From Eledone cirrhosa (taxonomy: Eukaryota): a stretch of 64,000 nucleotides of DNA. The position numbers and the translations under genes are program-made. The stretch is from positions 340,504,001-340,568,000 of the forward strand of contig OZ024740.1 of assembly GCA_964016885.1 (NCBI GenBank). The letters run 5' to 3'. This document shows positions 53,306 through 64,000 of the stretch, one piece after another (the first letter of the stretch is position 1; each line of letters starts with the position of its first letter). A model generated the notes under the pieces. The model saw only the letters and a program-made list of their open reading frames with translations. It had not been told where the DNA came from and did not search any database.

Positions 53306-56300
53306 GATCTGCTGAAATAGCGGAGATGCTGGAGAGAAGGCAGGTGGATGTGTGCTGCATGCAAGAGGTGAGATGCCTCTGCGAGACTAGTCGTAGGCAA
53401 ACGTCTTAGCTATAAACTATTCTGGGTAGGTAAGGATGATGGGTTAGGAGGAGTAGGCATTTTCCTGGCTGAGAAATGGATCAATAAGACAATAGAGGTA
53501 GTTCGAGTTAGTAATCGAATAATTAAGCTTAGATTAGTTGTAGGCAGGAGACTACTGACAATCATCTCGGCCTATGCTCCCCAAGCAGTCCTAGGCAAAC
53601 ATGAGAAAGACTGCTTTTACGAGCAACTTTTACAAACAACCGCAATGACAGAGGACGGAGACATCGTTATGCTAGCAGAAGACTTCAATGGTCATGTTGG
53701 ACAGCTCCAGGATGGTTACACTGGGGTACATGGTGGGCACAGTTACGGTTCAAGAAATGAAGAAGGAGTGAGACTTCTTGAATTTTGTGATGCAGGTACA
53801 TTGACTATTTGCAACACAAACTTCCAGAAACCTGCCAATCACCTAATAACCTACAAATCTGGTGAGCACATAAGCCAGATTGACTTCTTACTAGTTAGGC
53901 AGTGGGACAGGCAGATAGTGTCTAATACCAAGGCATACCCTGGGGAAGAATGTACCCCACAGCACAGGTTAGTTGTTAGTGATATCTCAGTAAGCAAGAG
54001 ATGGAATGAAACATATAGGAAGGTGTGGAGAAGAAAGGTCTGGAAGCTAAAAGACCTTTCACTAAAATACAAATTTAGGAAAGCCCTTCAAGATGTATAT
54101 GACGAAAAAGAAGACGATTTAGAGACGTATGACATAGATAATAACTGGAATTTCTTACGTGACAACTTGCTGCAGGCTACTGATGAAACTTGTGGCTGGA
54201 GCAGAGCTCCAACCAGACAGAGAGTGACCTGGTGGTGGAACAGCACAGTAGATAAGGCCATTAGAGACAAAAGACTAGCATGGAAGGCTTGGAAAAAGGG
54301 TGGGAGTAGGGAAGAATATACAGCCACTAAGAGAGAAGCTAGACGTCAGGTGTACTTAGCACACAGGGAGGCGGAGAGTAGGAGGTTTGCCAATGTTCTG
54401 CGACGGGAAGATCAGAGGCGTGCGGTGTTCCACATTGCAAGGCAGTGTGTCAATGCAAATCAGGATGTTGTTGGAGATAAATGTGTCCGGGATGATGTCG
54501 GTGTACTTAGTGTCACGAATGATCAGAAAAAGGAGGCCTGGAAATGTCATTATGAGAGACTGATGAATGTGGAGAACGAATGGGAGAGAGAGAAATTACC
54601 CTTAGTAGATCCAACAGAGGGACCAGCTATTGAGGTTGACGAATATAGGGTCCAAGAGGCGATTAGGGAAATGAAAAATGGTAAGGCTGCTGGATCATCG
54701 GGAATAGTTGCTGAGATGCTGAAGGCATCAGGGGACGTAGGCACTAAACTGGTTGCACGCATCATCAATCAGGCTATATATGGTGGTGCCATACCCAAAG
54801 ACTGGTGCAGCAGTATTCTCATAAATTGCTACAAAGGTAAAGGGGATGCTCTGGAGAGGAGCAATTATAGGGGTATAAAACTGATAGATCAGGTTATGAA
54901 AGTGGCAGAAAGGATATTAGCACAACTAATTAGAGAAAGGGTCAAACTAGATGAGATGCAATTTGGTTTTGTGCCTGGGAAGAGTACAACAGATGCCATC
55001 TTCTTGGTGAGACAATTGCAAGAGAGGTTCGTAGAGAAAAATAAGCCACTATACTTAGCCTTTGTTGATCTAGAGAAGGCCTTTGATAGAGTACCTCGAT
55101 CTGTCATCTGGTGGTCCCTAAGGAAGCTAGGTGTTGAGGAATGGCTTGTGAGGACAGTGCAAACTTTGTACAGAGGTACTCTCAGTAAAGTCAGGGTAGG
55201 AATGGAGTTTAGTGAGGAATTCCAGATACAAGTAGGAGTACATCAGGGTTCGGTCCTCAGCCCGCTCTTGTTCATTATAGTCCTCCAAGCCATAACAGAA
55301 GAGTTTAAGACTGGCTGTCCATGGAAACTTCTCTATGCTGACGATCTGGTTCTTATAGCAGAATCAGTAGAGGAGCTAGAGAATAAATTCTGGCTATGGA
55401 AACAGCAGTTGGAAGCAAGAGGACTGAGAGTGAACCTAGCTAAGACAAAAGTGTTGATGAGTAGAAAAGAGGACAAAACCCTGATTCCGTCAGGGAAATG
55501 GCCATGTTCGATATGCAGAAAAGGAACTGGCATAAATTCTATAAAATGCACACAATGCAGATCCTGGGTACACAAGAGATGTAGCGGGATAGCAGGCAAA
55601 CTAACAGGTAGGGAGAAATATGTATGCAGTAGATGTACAGGGAAATTAGACAGTAGAAGTCGCATTGATAGACACATTTTTCAAATACAGGACGTCAGTA
55701 TAGAAGTGGTGGATAGCTTCCGGTACCTAGGAGATCAGATTAGCATGGGAGGAGGGTGTTCCGAGGCCATAGTATCTAGAATAAGGACAGGTTGGAAGAA
55801 GTTTAGGGAACTGCTTCCTCTGTTGATGAAGAAGGGTTTCTCCCTGCGTACGAAAGGCCGGTTGTATGATGCCTGTGTGAGGAGCGCCATGCTGCATGGT
55901 AGTGAGACATGGGCAGCAACTGCAGAGGATATGCGACGGCTGGAGAGAAATGAGGCAAGCATGCTCCGTTGGATGTGCGTGAACGACCCAGCATAAATGT
56001 GTTGAGAGAGAAACTGTGTCTGAGAGGGATAGAATGTAGTGTACGGGAGAGGAGACTGAGGTGGTATGGACATGTGATGCGCATGGAGGATGACCGATGG
56101 GTGAAGAAGTGCCAGGAAATACCAGTTGAAGGAAGACGTGGTAGAGGTAGACCACGAAAAACATGGGCGGAGGTGGTGAGAACAGACGTCAGATCATTGA
56201 AGCTCACGGTGGAGATGACGAAGGACCGTGACGAGATGCTGTGCTGAATAAGACCCGTCCCACCCTTGCAAGCAGGGAAAAGCGGACGTAAAATGATGAT

Positions 56301-56321
56301 GATGATGATGATGATGATGAT
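53306..56321 (+). mobile_element. Near full-length RTE LINE (APE endonuclease, RT, PHD-like finger); frameshifted, probably inactive
   Basis: APE motifs VDVCCMQEVR, GVGI, SAYAPQ, EDFNGHVG, IDF and TPQHRLV. RT motifs QFGF, DLEKAFD, QGSVLSP and YADD. C-terminal RRLRWYGHV..GRPRKTW is in a shifted frame (55969-56247). (GAT)n tail at ~56293-56321. Confidence 0.95.
53645..55996 (+). CDS. Longest intact part of the RTE ORF (783 aa)
   Basis: ORF track; partial APE and complete RT with YADD. Confidence 0.85.
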   Translation: MTEDGDIVMLAEDFNGHVGQLQDGYTGVHGGHSYGSRNEEGVRLLEFCDAGTLTICNTNFQKPANHLITYKSGEHISQIDFLLVRQWDRQIVSNTKAYPGEECTPQHRLVVSDISVSKRWNETYRKVWRRKVWKLKDLSLKYKFRKALQDVYDEKEDDLETYDIDNNWNFLRDNLLQATDETCGWSRAPTRQRVTWWWNSTVDKAIRDKRLAWKAWKKGGSREEYTATKREARRQVYLAHREAESRRFANVLRREDQRRAVFHIARQCVNANQDVVGDKCVRDDVGVLSVTNDQKKEAWKCHYERLMNVENEWEREKLPLVDPTEGPAIEVDEYRVQEAIREMKNGKAAGSSGIVAEMLKASGDVGTKLVARIINQAIYGGAIPKDWCSSILINCYKGKGDALERSNYRGIKLIDQVMKVAERILAQLIRERVKLDEMQFGFVPGKSTTDAIFLVRQLQERFVEKNKPLYLAFVDLEKAFDRVPRSVIWWSLRKLGVEEWLVRTVQTLYRGTLSKVRVGMEFSEEFQIQVGVHQGSVLSPLLFIIVLQAITEEFKTGCPWKLLYADDLVLIAESVEELENKFWLWKQQLEARGLRVNLAKTKVLMSRKEDKTLIPSGKWPCSICRKGTGINSIKCTQCRSWVHKRCSGIAGKLTGREKYVCSRCTGKLDSRSRIDRHIFQIQDVSIEVVDSFRYLGDQISMGGGCSEAIVSRIRTGWKKFRELLPLLMKKGFSLRTKGRLYDACVRSAMLHGSETWAATAEDMRRLERNEASMLRWMCVNDPA

Positions 56322-57822
56322 TAATGGATTGAGAAAAGATGATGTGTCTAATCTCAGTCCATGACAACATTCCAACACATACCAGCATGGAAAGTGGACA
56401 TAAAATGATGATTATGGGGATACTGGAAATATAGAAAACATTATTAAGAGATTGTAAAAAAACAGTCTTATAATTATTTCCTGTATTCTATCTTGAGTAC
56501 AATCATCCTCATCCTCATTGCTTTATGAGTATTTTGCTATGCTAGTATTTGTTTGATGGTTCTGTTGCACCCTTTCCTCATCTATCTGTTGTGTATGATA
56601 TGGGTTTTTTCTTCCATATAACCATTTATGTTACAACTAGACAAATTCCTACTGTTGAAAACATGAAACAGGAATTTAACTACTGCTGTATCAACTAAAG
56701 ATCTACATGTCTATGAGAAATGAATGAATTAGTTATAAAATCTAAAATAACATTGAGTGTATGATGTAAGCAAATAATTCGATATCAAACAATATAAACA
56801 TACAGATTGAATGTTGTTAGTGGAAAACAGACAGTGCAGAGGTGTTAAGGTAGAGAATAAACATGTTTACTATTGTCTGTTGACAGTCAGATTAATAATA
56901 TAGGGATGCCAGGAAATAATTCAAGGAACTTCTGTTGTTCTTAAATAACATCTAAAAAAATGTTTTTGAACAATATTTCTAATGCAAAAATAAATAACAG
57001 TATTTTCAACATCCAATACAGTATAAATTTTGAAACAAAAACATTTTGAATACATCTTCATTTTCTTGCTCTCATCACTCTGTCTCTTTCTCTCTTCTTT
57101 CATCCTCTTGCCCTGGTTTTTCCTATTATTATTTTCTTTTCTATTAACCCTCTTGTTGACATTGTCAGTGAATGGAGTCAACATAGAGTAGTGAAGACTC
57201 TTTAGTCTTGCCAAGACCATAATCTCTCTGGCCATAGTGCCATGATAAAATGCACCCAGTACACTGTTAAGTGATTTGAGCTAGGAAGAGCGTCAAGCCA
57301 AAAATGGAACGTACGTGTGAGATGTGTTCCTCAGAGGATAGTATCTCCAAATTAGAACTAACTAGGATCATGATACCTGTTCAACCCATGACAGCATGGA
57401 AAGTAGACGTAAAATGATGATGAGTTCAGATAAATAGCATGAAATATATTTTTAAGTATTTTACTACAATGTTAGATAAATACTTGTAATTGTGATGTTA
57501 ACTCAAAAGAACACTCACAAGTTAAACAAATAGTATTTCTTTTGTTTTTGCCTGGATTTCTATAATTTAAATTTAAAGAGATATTAATTTGGTCTGATTA
57601 ACTTAAGCAAGGTAATTTGATTGCCTGGAGTAAGAATGTCTGACCTAATTGGTCAACACAAAGTTGTCTCAGTCTTTATAAGCTGACAAAAAATGGTGGA
57701 GTTGTCAATGTTAAAAAGGGACATTTAAGGACAACAGAGATTAAAGAAAACATCACCAGTTGCCCAAACTGTGCTAATTCAAAGACCACCCCCATATACA
57801 TATAAGTGCATGCATATATATA

Positions 57823-58676
57823 CAGGGTGCGGACGATATTTATTCGCAAGATTACTGTCTAGGAAAAAATAACAGTAGTTTTATTTTTTAAGATATATTT
57901 ATCAAACTTGGGTCAGTTTGTCTTCATAACTTGTTCTTTCGATCTCACTTGATAAACCCGCCATTGGCTTTCATGACGGCCTCGGAACCGGCTACAGGCC
58001 TTCGTCACTGTCCCCCGACTTAGGCCCCTAAAGGCACTTGTGATCCTGGCCTTCAGATCGTCTTTCGTATTGCAGCTAGATCTGTTGGTGTCTCTTTCCA
58101 CTGCGCCCTGCACAAAGAAGTCGAGGGGGTTGCAGTCAGGCGAGCTGGGAGACCATATGTCAGGTGAAGTGTGGTCGACGAAGTTCTCTGACAGCCAGGC
58201 TTGGGTCTTTCGGCTGGTATGGTAGGGCACTGAGTCTTGCTGCCACACGTACGGCCTACCTGCAGCTACCTGGTTGATCCAGGGCTTTACTACCTCGCTC
58301 AGAACGCGGATGTAGCCATCGGTGTTCAGCTTGAGGCCCTCAGGGAAGAAGTGAGGTGGCATGATGTCACTTTGACTACTGATGACACCCAAGACCAATG
58401 TTGTCGCTGGAAACTTTGTCTGCATGACTCTGGGCACGTCTTTGGATGAGAAAGTCTGAAATTTCCTTATTTGTCCTCCCGGCGCGGATTCCAAGAAGAA
58501 CTCCGTGTCTCTTCCACAAATTTGGAGGTTCAAAATTATTCATAATCAATAATTCTGAAAATAAATAATGGAAATGTAGTCACTGTTTTTATGAAGACAA
58601 GAGTGACAACGGAAGTAAAAAAAATTTGCATAAAATTAGCAGCTGAAAATTGCGAACAAATATCGTCCTCACTCTG
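57823..58676 (-). mobile_element. Internally deleted Tc1/mariner DD37D (maT-type) transposon
   Basis: 27-bp TIRs CAGGGTGCGGACGATATTTATTCGCAA and CAGAGTGAGGACGATATTTGTTCGCAA (24/27 identical), flanked by TA. ORF 57913-58533 has WQQD, 37 residues, then the D of SPDCNPLD. The HTH and first catalytic D are absent. Confidence 0.92.
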
Positions 58677-58694
58677 TATATATATATATAATTG

Positions 58695-58880
58695 TTTCTA
58701 TGTTAGGCACAAGGCCAGCAATTACCCAGTGCATTACTGGTACTTTATTTTATCGACCCCGTAAGGATGAAAGGCAAAGTTAACCTCGGCGGGATTTGAA
58801 CTCAGAATGGCAAGGGCCGTAACTCTATACGTCAAAGCATGGCGTCCGATCCTCTCCCAATACTGCCAATCCACCGCTCT
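58695..58880 (-). mobile_element. tRNA-derived SINE (Deu/Nin-like core)
   Basis: The reverse complement has tggcagtattgggag, gagttcaaatccc (B-box) and gccgaggttaactttgcctttcatccttacggggtcgataaaataaagtaccag. Confidence 0.75.
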
Positions 58881-58899
58881 GTATATATATATATAATGA

Positions 58900-59501
58900 T
58901 TTCGCAGAGTCCTTATAGCTTTAGATAAAATGTCTTGCAGCATTCATTCCAGTTCTCTGAACTATCAAATCTTCGCCCTTTCTCCCTTTGATGTTGATAC
59001 TTCTTTCTTTCCGCTTGGAAAAAATTGACTCTGATCTAATCTGGAGAAAAATGCTCTCCACCAAGTTTAAAATGCCAGAGATATGCTGCATGTCACTATA
59101 GTGTTCCTTTGATTCTACCAGAGGGTGAGGGCTCAAAAAGAACATATATATAAATAAATCCTGAAGTGATTCCATTGTCTTTCAATGCTAAACTTTGACA
59201 TTCTTCTTTGATAAAGTTGGTTGATTTCTTCATAATTTTTTTTGACATTCAAAAGGTTATTCTCAGTGAAGATTGTCTCACAACTCTTGACTGCATCATT
59301 TTTCGGGTTTGATCCATCATACATCCCATACAAGCTTCCATTCCTTTTTAACTGTTTAACTTCGGTAAAGGTGATGGCTTCACAATATTTTCTTACATAA
59401 GGGCAACCATGATCTCCACTTCTGTATGTAAGCACTCTGAAGATACACATCATTTTTGTTTGAAATAGTAACATATCAGACAATCTCTCAGAATAACGCA
59501 T
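58900..59501 (-). pseudogene. Possible decayed hAT-type transposase fragment
   Basis: Coding-like frames with 'EVKQLKRNGSLYGMYDGS' (resembles the first catalytic D context) and 'SPHPLV...LVESIFLQIRSES' (resembles the CxxH region). Similarity judged by eye only. Confidence 0.3.
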
Positions 59502-60202
59502 CTATTTGCAGATTGAGTGAACAACAACCAATAACAATAGTGTTTCCAGTATGTCATCTTAACAAAAAGGAAGGCAAGTTCACATTTTGATTCCCTTGGG
59601 GTGATTTAAACCAGACAGATTTTGAATAAAATCTTAACTAAGTGAATATTAAAAAATGACTTAAGGATATTTTCTTTCCAATGGTTGTTACTTGCTGGAA
59701 ATTCAGTTTTTCAAGGGCTGTACAAGTGAATTGGTAGTTGAATAAAGGAATGGGCTCTTTAGCAATATCTATCTTCATTTTCTAACTTCAATTCTCTGAT
59801 TACACCTGTTTTAATCAACAAGGAAGATGAAATATGTTTTTAACAAAATCAGCATATTACCTACAGAAACAGAACTACAGGACTGATTTAAATAATAAAA
59901 TTGTGAAAATGAATAAAAATTCAATGAGTTCATTCACTTAGTTATTTTACATAGAAACAAATTTAAAGATTATAAACAAAATATTTAGATAAAATTTTAT
60001 TCAAAATAATTTCTCTAATACAGAATTATATTTTACATAGATTGGCAGCCTTGAAATATCAGTGAATGAATGTTGGTTTGACTTTTAGAGTCAAAATGAT
60101 TGAGAAATCTGCATGATATCATACAAATAACAACAGAGTCAATTAGGTTTTTAACTTTTATTGTCTAAAATTGTAATTAAACGATTTGTAAATACAATAT
60201 CT

Positions 60203-60203
<1 letters not shown>

Positions 60204-60238
<35 letters not shown>
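60204..60238. repeat. (CA)n microsatellite; others at ~60593-60617 (CA), 63340-63369 (TA), 63709-63731 (GAT), 63932-63966 (TA)
   Basis: Directly visible. Confidence 0.95.
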
Positions 60239-60243
<5 letters not shown>

Positions 60244-62094
60244 TAAATGTTAAAATAGACATTTTTATCACTACACCTCCTTGTAAAATGTTCACACAAG
60301 ACAGCAGCTAAGAACGCGCAGAAACTAAAGATAGAATTATGGTCTAAAGATGAGTGTATATTTGAGCCTAGCTTGATAATTCACAAGACTGATCCTTTGT
60401 TCAGATATCACAAAATATAAGTTTAGGTTAAAATAAACAGTTTTGATTAAACAGTATTTTGAAGATTCTTTATGAAACAATGTATGACAACATATTACAG
60501 AAACTGAAATAAATTTTTCCTACTTCTAATGAAGTTAGGATTATAATACCTGAAATCTCTTTTATGACAGTGATACTCTGCACAGTGGGTGTACACACAC
60601 ACACACACACACACACAACATTATCACCACCATTTTACACTCATGTTCCACACTGGCATGGGTTGGACAGGTTTCCACATTCTGTGACTAGACAGGTCAG
60701 ATGACTACATTGTGCTCATACATTCCAGTTTAGTATGATTTCTATAAATGAATGCCGTTTCTAGTGCCAACCCATTAGTATGTATCATACATATACGTAT
60801 ATATACATATACCTAAACATATATAAATACCTCCATACATAATAGTATTTTAGTTTGCTTCAAATGTTGTAGAACATGTAGAAAATGCCACTTTTCAAAA
60901 GTACTAAGAGAACACAAGAGAGATATTCTATGTCCATTAAATTGACAAATCACCTGCAGAGACACAAAATTTCTCCTTTGAAAAGTTTTTTTTTTTACCT
61001 AAAACATTTCTATATCTTTATTTGATATAGCCTTCTATTGCACACTATTTTATACACACACGCACACACACACACTACTACATTAATATATAATATATGC
61101 TTGCAGTTATGTACATTATGTACAGAATATAAGTACAGTTGTGTATAGGATAAATTGTAGACCATACCATTCATTAAAGAAAAAGAAGCTGATCAAATGG
61201 TAACAGATCCAGAGAGAAGAGATGAGAAAATTAGACATTAACCCTACAACTCATATTGTATGCACTTTATATCGACAACAGCCATTTTGAAAGGATAAAT
61301 CCTTTAAGTTGCCATAAATATAACAGCCACTACCTATATAAACATGCTTGAGATTCTATTATCTCTGTTGTTCATGATATTGCTAAATATTGAAGTTGGC
61401 AGTGGAACCATTATTAATCTCTGTATTGCAGCCAAATAATATCGAAACAATTCTAGCAGAAAACTAAGACAAAACAGTGAAATAATCAAGAATTTGGAGG
61501 GATTTATTAAAATAACTTTCATTATGAAGCTGGTGTTTGCAACATAACAAATGTTCTTGAATAAAATCATGATGAAAGGTTTTTAGATATTTATATACAT
61601 TTTAAAACAGTTTTGTATTGTGGAACCAGAGGTAGTTTGATATCAAAAAAGTCAAAGACTCAAGAATATGTTTGAATCTACATGCCAACAACAGAGTCCA
61701 TAATTCAACAGTTTAATTTATTAGAAATGCAAACCTATTGGATGATCAACTGTTTTATTTCAATAGCATCCTGCACTATTTCAGTTAAGTTCATCAGCTA
61801 GCCTCAGTTCTATGTTATTGCCCTGTTTGGGATTGAATTAGGAACTACTGAATACATCTTAACTTACTTTGCCAGTAGAAAACATGATACAGCCGATGTT
61901 TTTGAAGAACTAAGCATTAACAAAGCAGTTAAGGTGGGAGTTGCAGAGTTAAAACGAACTGTGTATAATGTCTGGTGCAGGTTATATACAGATGGAATGA
62001 CCGAAAGGATAGAGATGAAGGATAGATAAAATAATAGTTCATTTTTATTTTAGATTGTTACAAAGACATCAACAGAGTATTTATTGTGGATGTA

Positions 62095-62400
62095 GGTATG
62101 GCTGAGTGGTTAAGAAGTTTGCTTCACATTCACAAGGTCCCAGGTTCAATCTTGCTGCATGAGTAAAATTGGATAAACAGAAACTGTGTAGAAGCTAGTA
62201 AAATGGATTGTAACTTGAATTCAAAAGCCCAGCCATGTCACATACTGTGTCATGCTGAACATTCAGTTTTGGGATTATGTTAAAGGCGCACATATCTGTG
62301 GAATATTCAATGACTTGCAAGTTAATTCATGCATTGGATGTTCCGTTGATCAAACGACTGAATCCTTATTGTCGAAACTGAGAAAGGACCCACCATCAAA
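62095..62400 (+). mobile_element. Decayed tRNA-derived SINE
   Basis: A-box tggctgagtggtt and B-box ggttcaatct at ~62099-62151. The body extent is approximate. Confidence 0.45.
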
Positions 62401-63335
62401 GTATTTACCAAGATGTTTGAAAACAAGAAAATGTTAGTTTTGTTCTTTCATAGCACTATGACTACTTGGTACCACAGACAATTTGTTCCTTGGTGGTCTA
62501 TTTCATATGAACCAGAATTAGGCAAAGAAATGCTTTGTTTATTTACAAATCAAAGCAATGAAAAGATTCTATGAGCAGCCTATATTATAGGTACAAGTAT
62601 ACCTATTAGTATTATATCTGCTCAACTGACAGTGCTTTGTCTGTTTTCTAACAACAAACCTTCACATCAGATGAGAAGTTAACATCTTAATAAACTCTTA
62701 CAGCTTATTATTTTAAAAATTCTGTTTAATAGATATGTTAAACAGTTTGACACCAACCCATTCTTTAATACAAAACCACCTTATATCCTAAGCTTATTCT
62801 TAGAACCTATAGCTAAGTTATTTTAGTAAATCTCTCCAAATTCTTAATTCTTTAAACAATTAATTGAAAGTTTAAGTTTTAGAGAGTAATAATACTTCAG
62901 TATTCTAAGATGTGTTTTATGTTGTTAGTTACAGTCTGAACTGAAGCATGTTCCTCAGTACTAAGGTCGAGCGAGTACAGTACCTCACTGCCAAGATTAA
63001 ATATCTTAATGTCAACCACTCAATTACGTACTTTAATATCAAGATAGAGCACCTCAATGTCAAGCACTTAACTAAGAACTGAATATATCAGCTGTTTCCC
63101 CCACATAGATAAATCAAGAGATAGATTATTCAAAAGCAATCCTCAATCAGTAGCTGTTTTATAGAAATGTTTATTGAAGAAATGTAATTTTATAAATTAT
63201 GCTTCCTATTGAAAAGCAACTCTTGCTCAAAATGGTCATTCACACCAGATGAAAGGTTTTCCATTAACTTTTACTATTAAATATGTCATTTATGCAACCA
63301 TATCTACTTTGTATTTACACTGTAAAAGCAGGTGC

Positions 63336-63374
<39 letters not shown>

Positions 63375-63928
63375 CATCACACAACTGTTATCCTGGTCAT
63401 ACAGACCAATCTTAATTCAACTTTTAGAAAATGAATATATTTTGAAAGCAGCAGAATAACTGTTAAAAGAAAGGACTTAAGGTTATTAACTGATGCTATT
63501 GACAAGAATGCAAGACTCAATCTTTAGCAACATTACAGTGCTATTTAGTTTAGTGATTTAAATAATAAAAAGTTATACATTTAGGCTCAACAAATATATA
63601 TATACACATATATATAAAGGAGAGAAAGAGAAAATGGAAAACCTGATTTTGAGAGAAATGAGATGTGGGAAAAAGTCTATAAACTATATTCATGAACTAC
63701 TGACTCAAATGATGATGATGATGATGATGATAATGACTGGGGAAAAATATATAAAAAACAAATATTCCACCAGATGTAGTTGTAATGAATATCTTACATA
63801 AAGAAGCCTGAGATTTCTGTTCGAGGTGGAAGTTGTGATATTTATTCCTTTCCAAACATTGAGATCAGTGTGTAGATGATATATTACAGTAGCATGGGAA
63901 GATTGTGGAAAGGAGTATTGGAAGAGGT

Positions 63929-63969
<41 letters not shown>

Positions 63970-64000
63970 TGTGGAAAGAGGTGAAGTCATGAAGAGCCAA

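Noticed and set aside
55727-56388. Minus-strand ORFs with poly-I or poly-H tracts
   Set aside because: Antisense of the RTE ORF and its (GAT)n tail.
63006-63092. Degenerate ~48-bp two-copy duplication (aatgtcaa.cact.aa.ta.g.act)
   Set aside because: Two diverged copies in AT-rich DNA, unrelated to the main monomer; not informative.

Overview
Eukaryotic, AT-rich, repeat-dense animal DNA; the RTE-LINE and SINE motifs with (GAT)n tails resemble octopus/cephalopod repeats (inference). A ~39.3-kb tandem array of a 48-bp monomer (3676-43007, ~820 copies) dominates the window. The monomer is a piece of the reverse-transcriptase 'GxRQGCxLSP' motif of a decayed RTE (Expander/Rex3-like) LINE. That LINE starts at ~2252, is interrupted at 2333 by a gag-only LTR retroelement, then by the array, and resumes in frame at 43008. 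The array keeps perfect 48-bp phase for 38.9 kb and records nested higher-order duplications of 72, 175 and 46 monomers. The whole structure probably lies in an intron of a + strand membrane-protein gene whose last two exons (43913-44014, 45828-45938) end in a KKxx motif. Other content: a 5'-inverted RTE (1-1974), a near full-length frameshifted RTE (53306-56321), an internally deleted DD37D mariner with TIRs and TA TSD, SINEs, a possible hAT relic and microsatellites. The giant ORFs in the array are artefacts of a 16-codon repeat unit.
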